Positions 1-7,420 of a stretch of DNA of 7,491 bases are shown here, one piece after another. Source of the DNA: Octopus sinensis (taxonomy: Eukaryota); contig NW_021828863.1 in NCBI RefSeq assembly GCF_006345805.1, positions 1-7,491 on the forward strand, given 5' to 3'. Every line of letters begins with the position of its first letter. The stretch's first letter is position 1. The notes below the pieces were generated by a model. It was not told the origin of the DNA and ran no database searches. It worked only from the letters and a program-made list of their open reading frames with translations. The position numbers were made by a program, and so were the translations under genes.

Positions 1-66
1 ATATAATTATAATAATAATAATATAATAATATAATAATAATGATAATATAATAATAATAGTAATAG
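1..66. repeat. Imperfect (AAT/TAA)n microsatellite, truncated by the window start
   Basis: Runs of ataataat/taatag directly visible. Confidence 0.85.
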
Positions 67-345
67 AATCGACAAGTGCACGGAGTTTAAGACAAGAACA
101 ACAGCAATGGCGACAACAACAAGAGACTTTCTCTTGCACAACGCTGTCGTCTTGCCCAACGACGCCAGGCCATCTTGTATTTTTATGCCGCCATTTTTGC
201 CCCAAAAGCCCAACGCCGGCAAATTGTACAATATACCTCCATTTATTTCCTTTCAGCTCTTTTCAACTGACTTTTTGATTTGATACCAGCGATTTTCAAT
301 ACGTATTTGCTTTACTCATTTTTCTTCTTTTGTACTATGGTGCCT

Positions 346-346
<1 letters not shown>

Positions 347-424
<78 letters not shown>

Positions 425-450
425 ATTATATATTATCTATATATATATAT
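347..450. repeat. (TA)n microsatellite
   Basis: Near-continuous TA dinucleotide run with occasional phase breaks. Confidence 0.95.
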
Positions 451-718
451 TATTTTTTTGTTTTTATGTTGTTGCCGATCTTTCTAGTACTTTTCTTTTT
501 GGCTTGCCTTTGCTTTTGGGCTGGACCATCTTAGCTATTGTGCAAACTATTTACACATCGTTGGACTACTGACCTGCATTTATTAGTGCCATCTTTGTAT
601 CCAAGCAAGCACAATTGGTGCGTCTGTGCATTAACCGAAAGAAACCGATAGAATTGTAGACGATGAGGGTTAGAGCATCGAAATACACATTTTTGCCAAT
701 TTAAGTTGATGTTACTGA

Positions 719-957
719 CTATGTATGTATGTGTGCATGTACGTATTATGTGTATGTGTGTGTGTGTGTGTGTATGTGGATGCAAATATAAACGCGTTCA
801 TATATATAAATACGTACATCTGAATACACACATACACAGTGTTATATATGCCTGCATACATACATACGTCCATACATAATACATGCATGCACACATAAAT
901 ATACATATAACCATTTATATAGTTTGTTTTTTTCTGTATACATAATTATACACATCA

Positions 958-1000
<43 letters not shown>

Positions 1001-1322
1001 TATATATATAATATGTGTATATATATCTACATATTATATATATATTATATTTATATATTTATATCTATATAACACATATATATGTATCTATATATGCATG
1101 TATGCAGTGTATACATATATATATATGTACATATCTGATATGTATGTATATTATATATTATATATATATATATTCATATATATATACATACATATACACA
1201 CTATATATGTATGCATATATGCATGTATGCATGTATACATATTAATATGTATATAATTCTGATATGTATGTATATATATATATATATACATATTTATATT
1301 TATATATACTTACACATATATA
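719..1322. repeat. Compound (TG)n/(CA)n/(TA)n/(TATG)n low-complexity block
   Basis: TG-rich at about 719-778, CA/TACA-rich at about 790-910, TA/TATG-rich at about 937-1322. Confidence 0.9.
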
Positions 1323-1504
1323 AATGTCTGTATGGGCGAGAATCGTTACTATTGTCATTATCATTCATTTATTACTGATTCCTTTCAGAGCAATGTTGGC
1401 TCCCTAAAAAAAAAGTAAAAATGCAAAGAGAAAAAAAAGTAAATAAACACATAAATAGAAAGAAAAAATATAATAATAGCAACAACAACAATAATACAGA
1501 AATT

Positions 1505-1540
1505 GTCGATTCGAACCCAGAACTTCCCTAGCATCTCGGC
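1505..1540 (-). mobile_element. Possible decayed fragment of a tRNA-derived SINE head (isolated Pol III B box)
   Basis: 1508-1523 reads GTTCTGGGTTCGAATC on the minus strand, matching the B-box consensus GGTTCGAATC; no cloverleaf or convincing A box around it. Confidence 0.3.
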
Positions 1541-1599
1541 ATTCACATTTCTTTTTATTTTATTTGGCGCCATTGAAAAGATTTCATATTAGTGGATAA

Positions 1600-1721
1600 T
1601 ACGTGTATTTCTATATAATGTATGGATGTATGTATTATGTATGTATGTTGTATGTATATGTATATATATATGTATATATATGTATATATATATATATATT
1701 TATATATATAGATATATATAT

Positions 1722-1766
<45 letters not shown>

Positions 1767-2245
1767 TATGTATATATATATGTATATTCGCATATATATA
1801 TCTATATATATATATATTATATATATATATATATATATAATACATATTATCTATATATTATATATCATATATGTGTAAATATATACGTATATTTGTATAA
1901 TACGTAATACGCATATATATATATAATATATATATATATATATAATAGATGTGGGCGTGTATGTGTATGTATGTCTAAACAGGTGTACGTGTATAAACCT
2001 GTGTGTATATATAGACAAACACGCATATATGAGTAACCATACATATATTTTATACATACGTGTAGATACATAAATATATGTGAGTATATAATATATATAT
2101 ATGTATATGTGTATAATATATATATATATATATATATGTATATGTGTATATATATATATATATTAATATATATATATATATAATATATAATATACATCAT
2201 ATACACGTGAACCTATACATACTGACATATAACATACATATATAA
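1600..2245. repeat. Compound (TA)n/(TATG)n/(TG)n microsatellite block
   Basis: Directly visible alternating purine-pyrimidine runs. Confidence 0.92.
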
Positions 2246-2617
2246 ACATGCGGTTGATTTATAACCTTTAACTTGACATTAAAAACAAATTTGTGCAACT
2301 CTCTTTCATTGTTCTTTATTCCTACTTTCACTTTCCTTCTTCTATTACATTCCCCCTCCCCTTTTTTCTCTCATTCTCTACAACCCTATCTCCGTTTCAA
2401 TCTATCCAGCTCTCGTCAGCTCCCCCTCCCCCCCATCCCTCTCTTCGTCTAACGGTGATTTACTATATAAGCCCCATTGTAGTGCTGTCTGCTGCACACA
2501 GCAAGGCCACATGTGAAAAGGCAGGCAGACTAAATATATTCATTTATAACAACTTGGTGAAACATTAATACTTGCTTATTCTCCTTGTTACTTTTTATGC
2601 CTACATCTAGCCTGCTT

Positions 2618-2679
2618 ATATCGAATATATATATATATGTATTCATTTATATATATATATAATATATATATATATATAA

Positions 2680-2757
<78 letters not shown>

Positions 2758-2911
2758 GTGTGTGTATATATATATAGATATACATATACATATATATACA
2801 TACGTATATGTATATATAGACATATATATACAATATATGTAAATATGTATATTATGTCTGTGCATGCATATACATATGAGTACATATTGTATGTATGTAT
2901 GTACATACGTT

Positions 2912-2954
<43 letters not shown>

Positions 2955-3043
2955 ATATATATATATTATATTATATATATATATGTATATATATATATGC
3001 ACATATATATATCAATGTATTTTAATATATATATATATAATAT

Positions 3044-3092
<49 letters not shown>

Positions 3093-3200
3093 GAGAGAGA
3101 GCAACATAGATAGATATGACCACACGCATACTCACACACACGATTGCATGCATAAATATATGCATATAACAATATATATATACACACATATAAAACATAC
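2618..3200. repeat. Long (TA)n compound microsatellite, with a (GA)n run at about 3079-3101
   Basis: Pure TA run at about 2688-2753, further TA runs to 3078, then gagagaga and CA-rich sequence. Confidence 0.95.
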
Positions 3201-3510
3201 AGATGTTATATAAAGACAGGTGTAATTCACTTCTTCGAGTAATGGCTGACCATAACTTGAGGAACCTAATCCAAAAGACGATAAAACACAAAATCTAGAA
3301 CTTTTTAATACCTTACCTGTCATTTCACCTTCTTCACACAATAAAGAAAATATTTTATTTCAAAACATGTCATTTTATTTTTTAGTTTTATTTTTTGGGG
3401 AAAGTTCTGCAAAGGGCGTGGACACGACCTGTTTTGGTAGACTTAGCCAGTAAAATAAAATAATATAATATATAGAGAGATTTCCTGTTTTTTTTTTCTT
3501 TTTAATTCTG

Positions 3511-3935
3511 TCTTGTATCTTTTATCTTTTACTTGTTTCACTCATTGGACTGCGGCCAGCTGGAGCACTACCTCGAATAGTTTATTCGAAGTATTCGGCC
3601 ACAGAATTTTTTGATTAAACTCTGGTACTTATTCTGTCACTTATTCTATTACCATTATTGGCCACAAAAGGTCTGTCTGTCTGTCTGTCTCACTTGCTGA
3701 ACTGCTTGGTCATGAGGACAGAAACAAACCAAGACCGGTTGTCAAGCGTAAGTAGGGGACAAACAGACACAAAGAAACACACCAATATTTACATATACTG
3801 TACTTATATAAACGATGGGCTTCTTTCAGTTTCCGTCTACCAAACCCACTCACAAGGCTTTGGTTGGCCGGAAGCTATAATAGAGGACACTTACTCAGGA
3901 TGCACGAAGTGGGACTAAACCTGGAGCCATATGGT
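3511..3935 (-). mobile_element. Octopus-type tRNA-derived SINE, minus strand, 5'-truncated (A-box head missing)
   Basis: Reverse complement reads CCATATGGCTCCAGGTTTAGTCCCACTTCGTGCA...GTGTCCTCTATTATAGC...GGCCAACCAAAGCCTTGTGAGTGGGTTTGGTAGACGGAAACTGAAAGAAGCCC...GCTTGACAACCG...GTGCTCCAGCTGGCCGCAGTCCAATGAGTGAAACAAGTAAAAGATAAAAGA. It aligns with the plus copy at 4162-4478 in head, middle and tail. Family identity (abundant octopus SINE, possibly OR/OK type) is from recall. Confidence 0.88.
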
Positions 3936-4161
3936 AATCTCTCGTAATCCGTAAAAGAACATTCTGGAAGTCCTTACTCAGCAACCAGCACAAATGATTC
4001 GTATGATAGTGGTCAAATGTTTGTGCTGAACAATAGCTCGGTCTCTCCCTCAAACCGACGTTGCTTGAACACGTCAGGTGTCGAAGTGAGCGCAAAGCAA
4101 CGTGAGATGAAGGGCTTTGCTTGATGCGCCAACCGGTATATTTTAAAGAAATATATGTATA

Positions 4162-4299
4162 GGCGCAGGCGTGGCTGCGTGGTAAGAAGCTTGCTTCCCA
4201 ACTACATGGTTTCAGGTTCAGTCCCCTGCGTGGCACCTTTGGCAAATGTCTTCTACTATAGCCTGAAAGAAGCCCGTCGTATATATATATAAATTCATA

Positions 4300-4357
<58 letters not shown>

Positions 4358-4478
4358 ATATATTTATATACATATACATACACACATAATACATACATAC
4401 ATACATACATGCACAGGGCCGATTTGTTCGACTAAAGATGGTACTCCATCAAATGACTGAAACAAGTAAAAGAATAAA
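4162..4478 (+). mobile_element. Octopus-type tRNA-derived SINE, plus strand, intact head, internal deletions, internal TA/TACA microsatellite (4280-4410)
   Basis: tRNA-like head GGCGCAGGCGTGGCTGCGTGGTAAGAAGCTTGC (A-box-like TGGCTGCGTGG) and B-box-like GGTTCAGTCCC at 4215-4225; tail AATGACTGAAACAAGTAAAAGA at 4452-4473 matches the reverse complement of about 3526-3547. Confidence 0.9.
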
Positions 4479-4602
4479 CTATGTTTATAGTGGACTTCCG
4501 GTAAAAAAACGCTCAATGATATATAGTAACTTCTTATACTGTGCCCGGAAGTGATATTCCTGTAAAAACTGGCTGCTTTCGAAATATACACCTGTGGGTT
4601 TT

Positions 4603-4700
4603 ACATATATATAAATAAATAATATATAAATATATGCATATATATATATACATACATATATGTACATACCTACATATATGTATATACACATGCATATATG
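4603..4700. repeat. (TA)n/(TACA)n microsatellite
   Basis: Directly visible. Confidence 0.85.
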
Positions 4701-5125
4701 GGAACAGGACATCAAAAAAACCTTGAAGACAATTAGAAAGGAAAACATAAAAACAAAAACATAGAAACGAACTTTTTTTCGAACAACGAGAAAACAAACA
4801 AAGAAACGAGACATGTAACATAAAGAATATTCCCCTTCTTCAGTAGTCCCTGTTTCAACTACTCCACAATACGAAGGCAAGGACAAAACACGTCTTCATT
4901 GAAACACACCTTCCCGCAACGCAAATTAATTAAAATTTGGCATTTTTTGAGGAAGGTGAAAGTGGTAACAAGAACAGGACAGTGAGAACAAGACAGTAAA
5001 AACAAACGGTGAGGGCTGTTAAGCCAAGACGATAGAAAAATTATTATGGACGTTAGGAGAACGAGCGTCCTTGCCTTCGTAACGCGGAGTAGATGAAAGA
5101 GGGACAACTGATGAAGGGAAATATT
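4695..5125. mobile_element. Interspersed repeat with a 59-bp inverted duplication; tentatively a Penelope-like element pseudo-LTR remnant
   Basis: 4826-4884 and 5067-5125 are reverse complements at 51/59 positions, ungapped. The right arm carries CTGATGAAG (5108-5116) and CTTCGTAACGCG, resembling the CTGATGA...CGAAAC hammerhead motifs of Penelope pLTRs. No reverse transcriptase or GIY-YIG coding remnant seen, so the class is inferred. Confidence 0.5.
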
Positions 5126-5316
5126 TCCAAAAGAGTCCTATCGCGCCACTCGATGAAGGCTAACAAAAACCTCGTGATTAACTACAAGGAAGGACAGGCG
5201 AATACGTATCGATAACCCTAGTTACGTTGATAGGAAACAAATTCAAATGTAGTGGCCTGAGTTCGTTGAGCAGGTGTTTCGTCTTCACGTTTCTCTGAGG
5301 TTATTTTAGGAAAATA

Positions 5317-5552
5317 AGGAGGAGGGGATGAAGAGGAGAATGAAAAGGAGGAAGAGGACGAGGAGCCAGAGGAGTGGAGAAGAAATAGGAGGTGGAGGTG
5401 GACCAGAAGGAGAATAAAGTGGGGAAGAAGAAGAATGGAAGAGAAGAAGAAGAAGAAGAAGAAGAGAAGAGGAAGAAGAAGAAGAGGAAGAAGAAGAGGA
5501 GGAAGAAGAAGAGGAAAAAGAAGAAGAAAAAGATGAAGGAGGAAGAGGAGGA
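5317..5552 (+). repeat. Purine-rich (GAA/GAG)n low-complexity tract
   Basis: Mixed GAG/GAA triplets; 5437-5533 is an uninterrupted purine run. Confidence 0.92.
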
Positions 5553-5703
5553 GATTGCTGGTTCCGATTCTTGGACTGGAAGGTGAGTTGTGTTCTTGAG
5601 CAAATCACTCCATTTTACGTTGACTCAGTCCAATCAAGTGTGAGTTCCAGCATAGAAATTAAACATCCAACGAGCCAATGGACCGGTGTGATGACCAGCC
5701 TGC

Positions 5704-5773
5704 TAACTAACCAACCAACGAACCTACCAACCGACGGACCAACCAACGAACCAACGAACCAACCAGCCAACCA
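5704..5773. repeat. Degenerate (AACC)n tetranucleotide repeat
   Basis: aaccaaccaacgaacctaccaaccgacggaccaacc... with a 4-nt period. Confidence 0.85.
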
Positions 5774-5871
5774 AAGGTCCAGTCACTCGGCCATTGCAGG
5801 CAACGAAAGAAGGGAATAAATGATATTCCTCCACAATAAGCAAAGCAGGCAGAGAATTCAAGAAAACAAAG

Positions 5872-5873
<2 letters not shown>

Positions 5874-5951
<78 letters not shown>
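5874..5951. repeat. Perfect (AAT)26 microsatellite
   Basis: Uninterrupted AAT units. Confidence 0.97.
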
Positions 5952-5952
<1 letters not shown>

Positions 5953-6483
5953 TAAAGTGGCTTCTGATCTTAACTGATTGGAAATGTTATCATGTACATT
6001 GTTTTGTCTTGGTGTAAAAGATGGGCTACAGCAAATATTCTGCTCAATACCACAGATTTGCTTGTCAGTTGTTTGACCCTAACCAGTTGAACATGTCCCT
6101 TAGTGGCTGACGGTATGTGCATCTCTGATCATGAGCAGGAGTAGTGGGAGAGTATCATAGCCATGTGCTGAGAGGAATTCTTTGGGGTTTGAGTAATTTG
6201 CCTCTGGAAACATATTGGTTTCGTCACATCACTCTTAAAAACCCTCATTCAGGGATCTTTTGAGTGCGATGGAGTAACTGATCTGAACAAAATTCTAACT
6301 GGGCCCCACCTGCAAGGTCATGTGCTGTTTATCTTGATATGAGATCACCATGTCGTGCAGATATGGTTGTTGTGATGCATGTGCCTGGTGTACCCTTATC
6401 AGACGGGTAGTCATAATGGGTATACTGGGCTTCGTATATTTTACCCTAGTGTCACTTTGATGGCATGCACTGCTCTCTCACTC
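5953..6483 (+). mobile_element. Interspersed repeat, probably the 5'-truncated 3' non-coding end of a non-LTR retroelement with an (AAT)n tail
   Basis: About 530 bp of complex, more GC-balanced sequence bounded sharply by (AAT)n on both sides and ending ...CTCTCTCACTC-AATAATAAT. I recall this sequence as a common octopus repeat. No coding remnant is recognisable, so clade and strand are inferred. Confidence 0.6.
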
Positions 6484-6490
6484 AATAATA

Positions 6491-6551
<61 letters not shown>

Positions 6552-6600
6552 TGATAATAATAATAATAATGATAATAATAATAATGATAATAATAAATTG

Positions 6601-6661
<61 letters not shown>

Positions 6662-6696
6662 TAATAATGAATTGATAATAATAATAATAATAATAA
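6484..6696. repeat. Long (AAT)n microsatellite with GAT/AGT variants
   Basis: About 210 bp of AAT units with two AATTG phase breaks (about 6596 and 6670). Confidence 0.97.
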
Positions 6697-6697
6697 C

Positions 6698-7019
6698 GAA
6701 ATTGCAAGAATGTGAGCTATGAGGAGAATGTGTCATCCCAGTAATTGTAGGGACACTCGGAGTACTAACGACCGAGTTCGAGAAATATGTCAGAGAAATT
6801 GGAATTGACATGAAAGCAGAGGAGGCCCACAAAAACTGCTTTGCAGGGGACAGCTAAGATTTTGAGATTGTTACTTGGGTGTTGAATCTCTTCCACGATA
6901 ATCAACATCCAATTATCAAAGCTTATAATTTGCAGAATTGTTAAACCTCTGACAACAGGCTGCCGTCAGCTCTCACAGACTCAACCAGAGCAAACAAGGC
7001 CGAGCGCTCTGAGAAGTAA
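6698..7019 (+). mobile_element. Decayed 3' fragment of an R4/Dong-type non-LTR retrotransposon (C-terminus of the restriction-like endonuclease domain plus 3' UTR)
   Basis: Translation: EIARM*AMRRM (6698-6730), frameshift, VIPVIVGTLGVLTTEFEKYVREIGIDMKAEEA (6732-6827), frameshift, KTALQGTAKILRLLLGC* (6832-6885). This matches the typical R4/Dong/Rex6 C-terminal pattern EIxRMW...VIPVVxGALG...QKxALLGTAxILRxVL. A 3' UTR of about 135 nt follows and ends in (AAC)n(AAT)n. Confidence 0.85.
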
Positions 7020-7041
7020 AACAACAACAACAACAATAATA
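7019..7041. repeat. (AAC)n(AAT)n tail of the LINE fragment
   Basis: aacaacaacaacaacaataata. Confidence 0.8.
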
Positions 7042-7317
7042 TTTTTATGCGCCCTTTTCAAGCCTAGCCAGGCTCATGGGCCCGGTTTCCCGGTTTCTGT
7101 GGCGTATGTGTTCCCCCCAGCTGGACGGGACGCCAGTCCATCGCAGCGTTACCCACGAAACAGAAAGAGAGAGGGTGAGAGAAAGTTGGGGCGAAAGAGT
7201 ACAACAGGGGTTGCCATCCCACCCCCTGCCGGGGCTCGTGGAGCTTTAGGTGTTTTCGCTCAATAAACACACACAACGCCCGGTCTGGGAATCGAAACCG
7301 CGATCCTCCGACCGCGA
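7042..7317 (-). mobile_element. tRNA-derived SINE of a second family, minus strand, 5'-truncated, with a V-SINE-like domain
   Basis: Minus strand reads TCGCGGTCGGAGGATCGCGGTTTCGATTCCCAGACCGGGCG (B box at 7287-7299), then TTGAGCGAAAACACCTAAAGCTCC, then GCTGCGATGGACTGGCGTCCCGTCCAG, then ACAGAAACCGGGAAACCGGGCCCATGAGCC and an A-rich end. GC- and CpG-rich against the AT-rich flanks. Confidence 0.82.
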
Positions 7318-7320
7318 AAT

Positions 7321-7393
<73 letters not shown>
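7318..7393. repeat. Compound (AAT)n(AAC)n microsatellite
   Basis: AAT units to about 7356, AAC units to about 7392. Confidence 0.95.
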
Positions 7394-7420
7394 TGCAGTA
7401 ACAGTAACAATTACATTAAA

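Noticed and set aside
520-610. CATCTT-containing segments as a possible miR-8/miR-200-type hairpin
   Set aside because: No complementary arm (TAATACTG...AAGATG) and no pre-miRNA-length stem.
728-897. Inverted match 728-751 versus 874-897 (22/24)
   Set aside because: Both arms are alternating purine-pyrimidine low-complexity sequence, and similar TATTATGT motifs recur at about 1633 and 4385, so chance similarity is likely.
2299-2454. Polypyrimidine tract plus CAG acceptor (2409) and a 45-nt micro-exon LSSAPPPPHPSLRLT
   Set aside because: The donor (ACG|GTGATT) is weak, the peptide is low-complexity and there are no partner exons.
280-3341. Many ORFs rich in Y/I/C/V/M/H/T
   Set aside because: They are translations of (TA)n/(TG)n/(CA)n repeats, which lack stop codons; no domain-like content.
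3311-3410. Minus-strand donor CAG|GTAAGG (about 3311-3319) with acceptor TTTGCAG (about 3407-3413)
   Set aside because: The intervening sequence is A/T homopolymer-rich and not coding-like; isolated splice motifs are expected by chance.
4162-4240. Possible tRNA gene (also 7280-7317 and 7421-7491)
   Set aside because: A/B-box-like motifs are present but no complete cloverleaf; the sequence continues into SINE body shared by other copies.
4151-4489. Target-site duplication for the plus SINE (TATGTATA 4154-4161 versus TATGTTTA 4480-4487)
   Set aside because: Short, imperfect and AT-rich; not distinguishable from background.
5310-5582. Candidate 273-nt exon (TTATTTTAG acceptor at 5309, strong AAG|GTGAGT donor at 5582/5583) and the poly-E/K ORF 5392-5586
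   Set aside because: All three frames from the acceptor contain stop codons, and the E/K/R content is just the GAA/GAG repeat. A non-coding exon cannot be excluded but nothing supports it.
5820-6832. Poly-N, poly-I, poly-L and poly-Y ORFs
   Set aside because: Read-through of (AAT)n microsatellites.
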